Assembly: GCA_037134115.1 (NCBI GenBank)
Contig: JBAXMW010000007.1
Coordinates: forward strand, 22,485 to 86,484
DNA from: Gemmatimonadaceae bacterium
GTDB taxonomy: Bacteria > Gemmatimonadota > Gemmatimonadetes > Gemmatimonadales > Gemmatimonadaceae
Reading direction: 5' to 3'
DNA: 64,000 bases
In this document: positions 9,375 to 18,253 of the stretch, one piece after another
How positions within the stretch are numbered: position 1 is the stretch's first letter
Layout: every line of letters starts with the position of its first letter
The notes under the pieces: model-generated
Seen by the model: the letters and a program-made list of their open reading frames with translations, nothing else
Told to the model about the DNA's origin: nothing
Databases searched by the model: none
Position numbers and translations under genes: made by a program

Positions 9375-11462
9375 TCAGGGCTTGGCGCGCCACACATTGT
9401 CGGCAGGATTCCGATCGGGGAACCGCCCCTCGGGATCGAGGGTGATCCGTTCAATCGCCCGCCCGCCGAAGGTCAGGTCGGCCGCGATGCTCCGGGCCCC
9501 GTTGAACCAGACATCCACCGGCCACGTCACGATCGCGGTGGTCGCGTTCCGCATCACGGCGTTCTTCATCGGCTTGATCGGTGCACCGGTCGGCGCAAAG
9601 GTCACTTCGAGCACGATCGGCGACGGCATCTGCCCGTCCTGTGCGACGGTGACCGTCGTACGCCCAGCAGCGGTCTTCACGCCCGCAATGCGCCCATCGA
9701 CGCTTTCCGTCGTGAAGAGCCACGCATTCCAGAACCAGCTCAGATCTCGCCCGAGCGCGCGGTTCATGAAGAACATGTAGTCCCACGGTGACGGATGCTT
9801 GAACATCCACGCCGTCGCCCACTCCCGATGCGCGCGCTGCACGGCGCTGTCGCCCACAATGCCGCCGAGCATGGCGAGCATCAGCGGCGTCTTCTGATAG
9901 GTCGTGAAGCCGTAGAAGCCTGGGCCCGCGTAGTTCGCGTTCCACATCATCGGCGGCTCCGCTTCGTTCCCACTGGTGCGGCCATAGGATTGGCCAAGGC
10001 CCGTCAGCACGGGCGCGGCCTTCTTGGCATCGGCATCCGACAGGATGTTCATGTACTGATTGAAGCCTTCATCCATCCAGCCGTACCACGTTTCGTTGTT
10101 GCTCACCGTCATCGGCCACCACTGATGTCCGGTCTCGTGGTCCGCCGCCCCTTGGTTGGAGTTGATGACCATGGGGTATTCCATGCCGGCGCTGGGACCG
10201 TCCTGCATGGTGAATTGCGGGAACTGGTACGGGAACCAGAGCGCCGAATAGAACTCGAGCGCGTGGCGCGCGATCTCGCCGGCGCGGGCGTAAAGATTGG
10301 CGCGACCAGGCAGATAGACCATGTGCACAGGAATAGCCCCCTTACCGGGGATCGTCGCGCGCGTCGCCTGCCAAACAAACTTCTTCGCCGTGGCCCAGGC
10401 GAAGTCGTTCACCGTGTCCGCATGAAAGCGCCAAACGAGCCGACCATTGGCGTTCCCCGCGGCCGTCGCTTGCCCCGGACCGATCTCGTCCGGACCGACA
10501 ATGGTGGTGGTCGCGTTGCTCTCCAGCACCGTCGCAAGGCGCTGCTGCGCCGTGGTGGTGAGCACCTCCTTCGGATTTTGCAGCACGCCAGTCCCGCTCA
10601 CGATCCAGCCAGCCGGGACATCAATGCTCACATCCCAGCTACCGAAGTTGTTGTAAAACTCCGACGGACCAACGTAGAGCTCGGAATCCCAGCCGCGGAG
10701 GTCATCGTACACCGCCACGCGCGGATACCACTGCGTTGGCTGGAAGAGCGTATCGGCCCACCGCTGCACCATGCGATGTCCGGAGCCCGGCCCACCGGGG
10801 AGCTTGTGCGACCAATCGATGTCGAGCTCGGCGGTGCTGTTCGCGGCGATCGGTGACGGCAGTCGCACACGCGCCGACGTGGAGGTGCGGTTCTGCAGCA
10901 CCGGTTCCGCACCACTGGACGCGTTCGCCGCGGCGGCGGCGGCAGCTGTCGCCGCGCGCGCCCCTGTGCTGCCATCACCCAACGGTCCGGTGGCGGCGAG
11001 ATTGGCGGCCTTGCCGTTCACCGCGAGCCGGCTGATCACCATGCCATCGGTCACTTCCGCTGGCACCCACGGCGCGGCATGTGGGGCATTGCCCAAGAAG
11101 TGATTGGGATCGAGCCGCAGGGCGATCACGGAGAGTGGATCGGGGCTCGTGTTGTGGATGGTGATATGCGCGGAGCCGGTCAGGCGCTGCGTGGCCGGGT
11201 CCAGCGACACGTTGATGCGATAGTCCGTGCGGAGCTGCCAGTAGGCACGCCCCGGGCGCCCCGTCGAGTCGCGGGTCCCGGCCGCCATCGCTTTGCGAAT
11301 GGCATTGGTGAGCGGGATGTCGCGACGGATCGCGCGGGGGAGGATGCCCGAACCCTGCGCGGCGAGTGCCGAGGTCGGCACGGCGCTGGCCACCCCGAGG
11401 GCCACCACAGCGATCAGGGCACGATGGGTGAGGCGAACAGCAGCGTGATGCGAATGGGTCAT
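9375..11462 (-). CDS. M1 family zinc metallopeptidase, exported (second paralogue)
   Basis: Signal peptide; 'AGMEYPM', HETGH, 'WMDEGFNQY'. Confidence 0.9.
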   Translation of the reverse strand: MTHSHHAAVRLTHRALIAVVALGVASAVPTSALAAQGSGILPRAIRRDIPLTNAIRKAMAAGTRDSTGRPGRAYWQLRTDYRINVSLDPATQRLTGSAHITIHNTSPDPLSVIALRLDPNHFLGNAPHAAPWVPAEVTDGMVISRLAVNGKAANLAATGPLGDGSTGARAATAAAAAAANASSGAEPVLQNRTSTSARVRLPSPIAANSTAELDIDWSHKLPGGPGSGHRMVQRWADTLFQPTQWYPRVAVYDDLRGWDSELYVGPSEFYNNFGSWDVSIDVPAGWIVSGTGVLQNPKEVLTTTAQQRLATVLESNATTTIVGPDEIGPGQATAAGNANGRLVWRFHADTVNDFAWATAKKFVWQATRATIPGKGAIPVHMVYLPGRANLYARAGEIARHALEFYSALWFPYQFPQFTMQDGPSAGMEYPMVINSNQGAADHETGHQWWPMTVSNNETWYGWMDEGFNQYMNILSDADAKKAAPVLTGLGQSYGRTSGNEAEPPMMWNANYAGPGFYGFTTYQKTPLMLAMLGGIVGDSAVQRAHREWATAWMFKHPSPWDYMFFMNRALGRDLSWFWNAWLFTTESVDGRIAGVKTAAGRTTVTVAQDGQMPSPIVLEVTFAPTGAPIKPMKNAVMRNATTAIVTWPVDVWFNGARSIAADLTFGGRAIERITLDPEGRFPDRNPADNVWRAKP

Positions 11463-11533
11463 GGCACAATCAGGGACGTGGTCGATGAGGTCGGACTGCC
11501 ACGGGACCTAGGGAATATGGCATCGCCGCGCCG

Positions 11534-11589
11534 TTCCGGTTGACCCATTCCGGTGGACCCGTTCCGGTTGACCCATTCCGGTTGACATG
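11534..11589. repeat. 14-bp tandem repeat x4 (TTCCGGTTGACCCA consensus)
   Basis: TTCCGGTTGACCCA / TTCCGGTGGACCCG / TTCCGGTTGACCCA / TTCCGGTTGACATG, with no spacers. Confidence 0.95.
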
Positions 11590-11679
11590 GTCCCCGGCCC
11601 ACATGCTTTGTTCACGGACGGCGGACCGCCCGATGTTGGGCGTCAGGCCACCTGCCCCTCTCTGTCGGAGGCTGTCCCG

Positions 11680-12579
11680 ATGTCGACCCCGCTCCCCCTC
11701 GCGCCACCAGCCACGCTTGCCGAGTCGTCCAGCGGCTCCGTCACCGACGTGGTCCGCGAGAAGTACGGCGCCGCCGCTCGGCGCGTCCTGACGCAGGTCG
11801 ACGTCCCAGGCAGTGCGGGCGGCTGCTCCCCGGCGAGTTCCTGCTGTGGCGGCGCCGAATTCAATGGCAGTGTCGATCCGATCACCAGCAACCTCTACGT
11901 CAGCGGCGAAACGGACGTGCTGCCTTCTGCGGCGGTGCTGGCCTCACTGGGATGCGGGAACCCCACGGCGCTGGCCGCCCTGCACGCGGGCGATGTGGTG
12001 CTCGATCTGGGCTCAGGCGGGGGCATTGATGTGTTGCTCTCCGCGCGCCGTGTCGGCCCCACCGGCCGCGCGATTGGGCTCGATATGACCGATGACATGC
12101 TGGCACTCGCGCGGCGCAACGCCTCCGAGGCCGGTGTGACGAACGTGGAGTTTTCGAAGGGGCAGATTGAGGCGATCCCGCTCCCCGACGCGTCGGTGAC
12201 CGTGATCATCTCGAACTGCGTGATCAATCTGTCGGGGGACAAGCGGCGCGTGATCCAGGAGGCCTTTCGCGTTCTGGCACCGGGCGGTCGCTTTGCGGTG
12301 AGTGATGTCGTGGTGCGCGGCGAGGTCCCCGCGGAGGTGAAGCGCAACGTGGAGCTGTGGGTGGGATGCGTGGCCGGCGCCCTCGAGGAATCGGAGTTCC
12401 GGCGATTGCTCGCTGAAGCGGGCTTTGTCGATATCGACATTGAGCCCACGCGCGTCTATCGCAGCGACGATGCCCGCCAGTTTCTGCAGGAGGCGGGGCT
12501 CGATGTCTCCGCGCATCTCGAGGCCATGGAAGGGAAGTTCATGGCGGCGTTTGTGCGCGCGACCAAGCCCGCCGTCTGA
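11680..12579 (+). CDS. arsM: Arsenite S-adenosylmethionine methyltransferase
   Basis: GGAGG RBS at 11667; 'SCCGG', 'SLGCGNP', 'VLDLGSGGGID', 'GLDMTDDM', 'ISNCVINL', 'WVGCVAGAL'. Confidence 0.88.
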   Translation: MSTPLPLAPPATLAESSSGSVTDVVREKYGAAARRVLTQVDVPGSAGGCSPASSCCGGAEFNGSVDPITSNLYVSGETDVLPSAAVLASLGCGNPTALAALHAGDVVLDLGSGGGIDVLLSARRVGPTGRAIGLDMTDDMLALARRNASEAGVTNVEFSKGQIEAIPLPDASVTVIISNCVINLSGDKRRVIQEAFRVLAPGGRFAVSDVVVRGEVPAEVKRNVELWVGCVAGALEESEFRRLLAEAGFVDIDIEPTRVYRSDDARQFLQEAGLDVSAHLEAMEGKFMAAFVRATKPAV

Positions 12580-14027
12580 TGGCCCACTCTCCGATGCGTA
12601 TCACGCGAAGCGCGACGCTGGCTGCGACGCTGGCTGCGACGCTGGCCGTGGCCCTGTTCGCGACGGCCGCACACGCTCAGCCCGCGCCGCGGGACTCCCT
12701 CCGGGAGGCTCGCGAGATCCTGCGGGAGGTGATCAACATCAACTCCACGAGCGGCACGAAGGGGGTGTATCACCTCGCCACACGCGTGGCGGCCCGACTG
12801 CGTGCCGCTGGGTATGCCGCTGGTGATGTGCAGCTGCTGGGGCCCTCGCCGGAACTCACGGCGGTGGTGGTCCGGCTGCGGGGTCGCGCGTCGGGGCGGA
12901 AGCCGATTCTGCTCATGGCCCACATGGATGTCGTGGCCGCGCGGCGGAGCGACTGGCCCTTTGATCCGTTCGTCATGCTGGAACGCGACGGGTGGTATTA
13001 CGGGCGCGGCACCTCGGACAACAAGGCCGGGGTCGCCACGCTCGTCACCAATCTCGTACGATGGAAGCGGGAGCGGTGGGTCCCCGACCGGGATGTGATC
13101 ACCGTCCTCACCGCTGACGAAGAAACCAACGGCGCCTCAATGGCCTGGCTGCTCGCCCATGTGCCGACGCTGCGGGAGGCGGAGTATGCGCTCAACACCG
13201 ACGCGGGGGGCGGCGCCCTCGATCACGGCAAGCCGGTCTCCAATGCGGTACAGGCCGCGGAAAAAGTCTTTGCCAACTTCCGCGTCGTGGCGACGAATCC
13301 GGGCGGGCACAGCTCCGTGCCGCGCGCCGATCATGCGATTTACGATCTGGCGGATGCGCTCTCGCGCTTTCGCGCCCATCGCTTCCCGATTCGCGTGAAC
13401 GACGTCGTGCGCGGCTACTTCGCACAAAGCGCGGCGACCCAAACACCGGAGGTGGCCGCCTTGATGCGTGCGGCCGCGGCGCAGCCCACCGACCTCGCGG
13501 CGACGGAGCAATTAGCGGCGCGGAATCCGTACTGGAATTCGATCATGCGGACGACCTGCGTGGCCACGCTGCTGGATGGCGGCCACGCGGAAAACGCCCT
13601 GCCGCAGCGCGCCTCGGCGCTCATCAACTGCCGGATGCTCCCCGCCGACCCCGCCGATTCCGTGCTCACGGTGCTGCGGTCGGCACTGGGCGCCGGCGTG
13701 ACCGTCGCCCAGGAGGGGGTGGTGACGCCGAGCCCGGCCTCACCGCTACGGGCCGATGTGATGGGCGTGGTGGAGCGGCTCACGACGGCGCGCTTCCCCG
13801 GGGCCGTGGTGGTGCCGGAGATGTCTGCGGGGGCGACCGATGGGCTGTTTACCCGGAATGCCGGGATCCCGACCTACGCCGTGTCGTCGATCTTCTTCGA
13901 GCAGGGAGAGCCGAGCCGCGAGCATGGGCAGGAGGAGCGCGTAGGGGTCAAGGCCTTCCACGACGGCGTCGCCTTCTGGGAAGCGATGGTCAAGGCACTG
14001 GCAGGGCCCCCGACGATCGTCCCCTGA
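12579..14027 (+). CDS. M20/M25/M40 family metallohydrolase, exported
   Basis: Signal peptide; 'LMAHMDVV', 'GRGTSDNK', 'ADEET', 'GGHSS', 'SAGATDG', 'HGQEER'. TGATG overlap with arsM. Confidence 0.88.
   Translation: MAHSPMRITRSATLAATLAATLAVALFATAAHAQPAPRDSLREAREILREVININSTSGTKGVYHLATRVAARLRAAGYAAGDVQLLGPSPELTAVVVRLRGRASGRKPILLMAHMDVVAARRSDWPFDPFVMLERDGWYYGRGTSDNKAGVATLVTNLVRWKRERWVPDRDVITVLTADEETNGASMAWLLAHVPTLREAEYALNTDAGGGALDHGKPVSNAVQAAEKVFANFRVVATNPGGHSSVPRADHAIYDLADALSRFRAHRFPIRVNDVVRGYFAQSAATQTPEVAALMRAAAAQPTDLAATEQLAARNPYWNSIMRTTCVATLLDGGHAENALPQRASALINCRMLPADPADSVLTVLRSALGAGVTVAQEGVVTPSPASPLRADVMGVVERLTTARFPGAVVVPEMSAGATDGLFTRNAGIPTYAVSSIFFEQGEPSREHGQEERVGVKAFHDGVAFWEAMVKALAGPPTIVP
12612..12647 (+). 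repeat. 12-bp in-frame tandem repeat x3 (ATLA) in the signal peptide
   Basis: GCGACGCTGGCT x2 followed by GCGACGCTGGCC. Confidence 0.9.
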
Positions 14028-14157
14028 GCGGCGGGTGGCGCGAGGCCGCGGGCCGCTCTGGGCGCGCTGGCTGTCCGGGGCGCCCCGCAGACGCGTGACG
14101 CGTCGCGCTCCCCAGCGTCTGCAGGGAGACCGTCCTGCTGCCGATATTCCCTTAGAT

Positions 14158-15045
14158 ATGCCCGACTTGTTCGCTTCCCGCCCATCGCCGCGACGCCGCG
14201 CGCTGCGCCATGCCCTCTCCGCCTGTGGTGTGTGGGCGATGTTGGGCCCGGTATCCGCGCTGGGTGCCCAAGCGCTCCCCGCTGGGGGTGCTGGCGTTCC
14301 GGCCCCCGGGGCCACCCCCACCCCGCGTCGCACCCCCTGGAATCTGCAGCTGAGCGGCTACACGAGCTCGGCCGATCAGGGCTTTGGGGTCTGGCAGGGT
14401 GGTGACGTGCGGCTGCTTTATAACGGCACCCAATTCAGCCCCTTCGCCAGTGTTGGCATGCAGCGCCGCCCGGAAGGGCAGCAGCAGATCGTCGGGGTGG
14501 GGTCGTACATCGTGCTGACGAAGTGGCTGTACTCGATCGTGGGGTATGGCGCCGCGCCGGACCGGGGAACGGTGCTCTTCCCGAAGATGCGCGCCGACGC
14601 GAGCCTGCACGCGGCCGTGCCTGGCGTAGAAGGCCTCCTCCTGTCGGCCGGAATCACCGATCTGCGCTACACCGATCCACGGTCGGGGGGACAGATCCTG
14701 TCGGTGGGCTCGATGTACTACCGCGGGCGGGGCATCTACACGGGGACCGTGCGCTTGAACACCGACCGCGCCAGCGGAGCGAAGTCCAGCTCGTGGCAAG
14801 CCGGGGCGCAGTGGGGCGCGCAGGGCGCGTCGTGGTTTGGCGTGGGGGCCGGCGCCGGCAATGAAGCCTATCAGGTGCTGAGTGCCACGCCCTTTGATGC
14901 CCGCTTCCGCAGCTGGTCCGCCTCGGCCTTTTGGACCAAATGGGTCACGGCGCGGACGGGCGTGGGACTCCGCTACGACTTCGAGCGGAAGATCGACGTC
15001 TACCATCGCCACGCGTTGGGACTGTCGACCTTCGTCGAGTTCTAA
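14158..15045 (+). CDS. Outer-membrane beta-barrel protein, probably YaiO family
   Basis: Signal-like N-terminus, Pro-rich linker, alternating aromatic/Gly beta-strands, C-terminal 'STFVEF' beta-signal. Confidence 0.65.
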   Translation: MPDLFASRPSPRRRALRHALSACGVWAMLGPVSALGAQALPAGGAGVPAPGATPTPRRTPWNLQLSGYTSSADQGFGVWQGGDVRLLYNGTQFSPFASVGMQRRPEGQQQIVGVGSYIVLTKWLYSIVGYGAAPDRGTVLFPKMRADASLHAAVPGVEGLLLSAGITDLRYTDPRSGGQILSVGSMYYRGRGIYTGTVRLNTDRASGAKSSSWQAGAQWGAQGASWFGVGAGAGNEAYQVLSATPFDARFRSWSASAFWTKWVTARTGVGLRYDFERKIDVYHRHALGLSTFVEF

Positions 15046-15047
15046 GC

Positions 15048-17003
15048 ATGCCCGTGCCGCCGCTGTTGCGGCCGGTGCTCGGCGGCACCCGTCGCGCCCT
15101 GCTCGTGGGGCTGGCCTCCTGGTGTAGCCTGCTCCTCTATCTGCGGTCGAGCGAGGCCGTCGCCTCGCTACAGCGGCAGTGGTCGTATCTTGACGTCATC
15201 CTGCGTGAGACGATCGGGGCCGGGCGCCTGACCGTGCTGCCGCCTGCGCTATCCCCTTCACCCGACGCGGTGATCACGACCCTACTCTGGTTGGGATCGT
15301 CTGTCGCCGTCGGATGGCTCGTGGCGCGGCGACTGCATGGCCATGAAAGCGCCGCGCCCGTGGGTTGGGCGTTTGGGATGGCCGCCACCGTCGTCCCGAC
15401 GCTGTTGCTGGCCGCAGTGGGCTGGCCCGATGGCCACGGGCGGATCACCAATGCGGGGATCGTGCTGCAGCAGCTGTTGCTGGTCCTCGGGGTGTGGCGC
15501 TGGAGTCGCAGCATGCACACGACGCCCCCACGCGCTGTGCCTCCGGTGCTCGCACCGGAGCGCACACCATGGTGGATGCGCGTGGCGTTCGTGCTGGTGG
15601 GGCTTTACGGCGCGGTCGTCCTGCTGAACGGGTTGTCCGGGGTGCAGGGCTTTGACTCGTTCAGCGATCATCTCGCGGTGCCGGCGCGGTGGCTCGCGAC
15701 GCAATCGCTCGAGCGTGGCGATGCCGCCGAGGCGGTGCGCTTTTATCCTGGCAACTTTGAGTTGTTGGTGCGCTGGACGCTGTCGCTGGGGACGGACCGG
15801 CTGGCGTTTCTGCTGTCGATGGGCAGCGCCGTCGCAGCGGTGTGGATGGTGTATCGCATCGCGCGCGTGGTCGGGCTGTCGAAGGTGCTGGCGCAGCTGT
15901 CTGCGCTGTCGGCGGCCTCCATGCAGGTGCTCGCGTATCAGAGCGTGGTGGTCTACAGCGACAGCTATACCGCGCTCTGTTTGTTGCTCGCGACCTGGCT
16001 GTTGCTTGTGTGGGTGCGTGAGGGCGCACAGAGTGTGCTCCTGTCGACAGGCTTCGGGCTCGCGCTGGGGATGGCGCTGGGGGCGAAGTATTCCGCGGGG
16101 CCACCAGCGGTGATGCTGGGGATGGTGTGGCTCTGGTCGGCGTGGAAGGCCGAGTCGCGCATGGGGCGGCAGGTGGTCGCGGTGAGTGTGGGGGTGCTGC
16201 TCACCATGGGGTACTGGTATGTCCGGAATGCCGTGGAGTTGGGGAATCCGCTCTATCCCCTGTCGGTGGTGGGACTGCCGGGGATTCCACTCGACCGATT
16301 GTTGGCGGGGGCACCGGGTCCCGTGACGCTCTGGGAGCGACTCAGCTATCCTTGGGTGGAGTCGCACTATCTCGCGGGCTTTGAGACCGGATTGGGTCCC
16401 ATCGTCGCGGCGGTGCTGGTCCCTGCGCTCTGTATGGTGCCGACGCTCATGTCGCGCGAGGAGGCGTCGTTGCGGCTGTGGCGGGTGATAGTCCTAGGTG
16501 CCCTGCTGGTGTGGTGGCAAAGCGGTGTGCTGGTGCCGCGGTATGGGCTCTATCCGTTGCTGCTCTCGTGTGTGGCGATTGGGGTGCTGTGGCGCCGGGA
16601 CGGATCAGTGCTCTTGGGTGTGGCCACCGCCGTGGCGTTGTTGAGCACCTGGCTGTCAGTGGGGCATGAATTGGTGGGCGGTATCGCGTATTTCGAGCGA
16701 CAGCTGGCCATGCCACGTCTTGCACCGGCGGTCATTGACTCGCTGCCGTCGACCGTGATTCTGAACGCCGTGGAAGAGCCGGCGGGCTATCAGGCGATGG
16801 GGCCCGGGTACCGGCACCGCGTGATCACCCTGTTTGCGAAGGTGATGCCCGCCGATGTGCGTCGGTTGCGTCCGGAGTATGTGCTGTTGCCGTCGACGCG
16901 CGACGCCGAATTTCAGGCGGCAGTGCCGATGACGCTGGTGGGGCGTGGCGGATCAGTGCGCGGCGTACCGACGGGACTCTGGCGGGTGGAGCTCACGCGC
17001 TAA
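15048..17003 (+). CDS. Polytopic membrane protein, GT-C fold (ArnT/PMT-like) glycosyltransferase candidate
   Basis: More than 12 hydrophobic segments; 'DSFSDHLAVPARW', 'FYPGNFELL', 'YSDSY', 'GLALGMALGAKY', 'WYVRNAVELGNPLYP', 'PRYGLYP'. Confidence 0.6.
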   Translation: MPVPPLLRPVLGGTRRALLVGLASWCSLLLYLRSSEAVASLQRQWSYLDVILRETIGAGRLTVLPPALSPSPDAVITTLLWLGSSVAVGWLVARRLHGHESAAPVGWAFGMAATVVPTLLLAAVGWPDGHGRITNAGIVLQQLLLVLGVWRWSRSMHTTPPRAVPPVLAPERTPWWMRVAFVLVGLYGAVVLLNGLSGVQGFDSFSDHLAVPARWLATQSLERGDAAEAVRFYPGNFELLVRWTLSLGTDRLAFLLSMGSAVAAVWMVYRIARVVGLSKVLAQLSALSAASMQVLAYQSVVVYSDSYTALCLLLATWLLLVWVREGAQSVLLSTGFGLALGMALGAKYSAGPPAVMLGMVWLWSAWKAESRMGRQVVAVSVGVLLTMGYWYVRNAVELGNPLYPLSVVGLPGIPLDRLLAGAPGPVTLWERLSYPWVESHYLAGFETGLGPIVAAVLVPALCMVPTLMSREEASLRLWRVIVLGALLVWWQSGVLVPRYGLYPLLLSCVAIGVLWRRDGSVLLGVATAVALLSTWLSVGHELVGGIAYFERQLAMPRLAPAVIDSLPSTVILNAVEEPAGYQAMGPGYRHRVITLFAKVMPADVRRLRPEYVLLPSTRDAEFQAAVPMTLVGRGGSVRGVPTGLWRVELTR

Positions 17004-17047
17004 CGCGGTGACTTAGCAGCCTCGAAGGCGGCGAGGCCGCCCCCCTC

Positions 17048-18244
17048 TTACCGGACCGCGTTCACCATGTCGAAGATCGGCAGATACATCGCGATCAGCA
17101 TGCCGCCGACGACGACGCCGAGCAGCACGATCATGACCGGCTCGAGCAGGCTGAGCAACGTGCTCACTGACACGTCGACTTCGGCGTCGTAAAAGTCGGC
17201 CACCTTGGCGAGCATATCATCGAGTCCGCCCGTTTGCTCCCCCACGGCAATCATGCTCGTCACCATGGGCGGAAAGACCCCGCTCCGCTGCAAGGGCGCC
17301 GCAATGGTATCGCCACCGGCAATGCTGCTCCGGCTGCGCATGATGGCATCATGCATCACGCGGTTGCCCGCGGTGCGCGCCGTGATTTCGAGCCCTTCGA
17401 GAATGCTGACGCCGGAGCCAATCAGGGTGCCAAGCGTTCGGGTGAAGCGGCTCACTGCCGACTTCCGAATCAGATCTCCCAGCACCGGCACGCGCAACAA
17501 CGCCCGATCAATCACCAACTGACCCTCAGGCGTCGCGTAGGCCTGCTTTCCCCCGACCGCCAGCACTGCCCCGACCAGCAGCATGAGCCACCAGTACGCG
17601 GTAAGCAGATGCGACAATCCCACGACAAACTGCGTCGGCCCGGGGAGCTCCACCCCAGAGCTGGCGAACATCCCCGCAAAAATCGGGATGACCTTCCAAA
17701 GCAAAATGATCACGCAAATGGCGGCCACGCTCATGATGACGGCCGGATATACCATCGCGCCGCGCACCTTTCGGGCCAGCAGGTCGCTCTTCTCCAGGAA
17801 GACCGCCAGCCGGCTCAGCATGACGTCCATCATCCCGGCGGACTCGCCCGCCGCCACCATGTTCACATACAGATCGGAGAACACCTTGGGATGGCGGCGC
17901 AGGGCGTCCGCCACGGTCTTCCCTGATTGCACATCGAACATGACTTCACGGGCGATCGCCCCCAGCGACGGATTCTCCGATTGATTGGAGAGTACGTCCA
18001 ACACCTGAACCAATGGCAGGCCGGCGTTGATCATTGTCGCGAACTGCCGCGTAAACACCACCACGTCCCGCGTCTTCACGCGACCGCGCGAGACACGCGC
18101 CACGGCACGGGTCTCATCCATCTTCAGAACGGTCAGCCGCTGACGCCGCAGCATCGCCACGGCATCATCTCGGCTTGGGGCATCGACGGCCGCGTTTCGC
18201 AGCTCCCCGTTCGGTGTGCGCGCCGTGTACGAAAACGTTGGCAT
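17048..18244 (-). CDS. pilC: Type IV pilus inner-membrane platform protein PilC (GspF family)
   Basis: 'FTRQFATMINAGLPL', 'LYVNMVAAGESAG', 'MIAVGEQTGGLD', 'AMYLPIF'. Confidence 0.95.
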   Translation of the reverse strand: MPTFSYTARTPNGELRNAAVDAPSRDDAVAMLRRQRLTVLKMDETRAVARVSRGRVKTRDVVVFTRQFATMINAGLPLVQVLDVLSNQSENPSLGAIAREVMFDVQSGKTVADALRRHPKVFSDLYVNMVAAGESAGMMDVMLSRLAVFLEKSDLLARKVRGAMVYPAVIMSVAAICVIILLWKVIPIFAGMFASSGVELPGPTQFVVGLSHLLTAYWWLMLLVGAVLAVGGKQAYATPEGQLVIDRALLRVPVLGDLIRKSAVSRFTRTLGTLIGSGVSILEGLEITARTAGNRVMHDAIMRSRSSIAGGDTIAAPLQRSGVFPPMVTSMIAVGEQTGGLDDMLAKVADFYDAEVDVSVSTLLSLLEPVMIVLLGVVVGGMLIAMYLPIFDMVNAVR

Positions 18245-18253
18245 CGGCGACGA

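Noticed and set aside
11534-11589. Possible CRISPR array
   Set aside because: The units are contiguous 14-mers with no spacers, and no cas genes are present.
12612-12647. 12-bp repeat as a phase-variation switch
   Set aside because: The unit is a multiple of 3, so copy-number change only alters signal-peptide length.
14931-15047. N-terminal extension of the GT-C ORF overlapping the barrel gene (similarly the upstream extensions of lptF, lptG, mlaE, M24, amidase and pgsA-like genes)
   Set aside because: These are longest-ORF artefacts. Better starts abut the upstream stop codons or have an RBS.
15048-17003. G/T-rich composition suggesting a horizontally acquired island
   Set aside because: It is explained by Val/Leu/Trp/Gly codons of a membrane protein. 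The APC permease shows the same skew on its coding strand, and there are no mobility genes or att sites.
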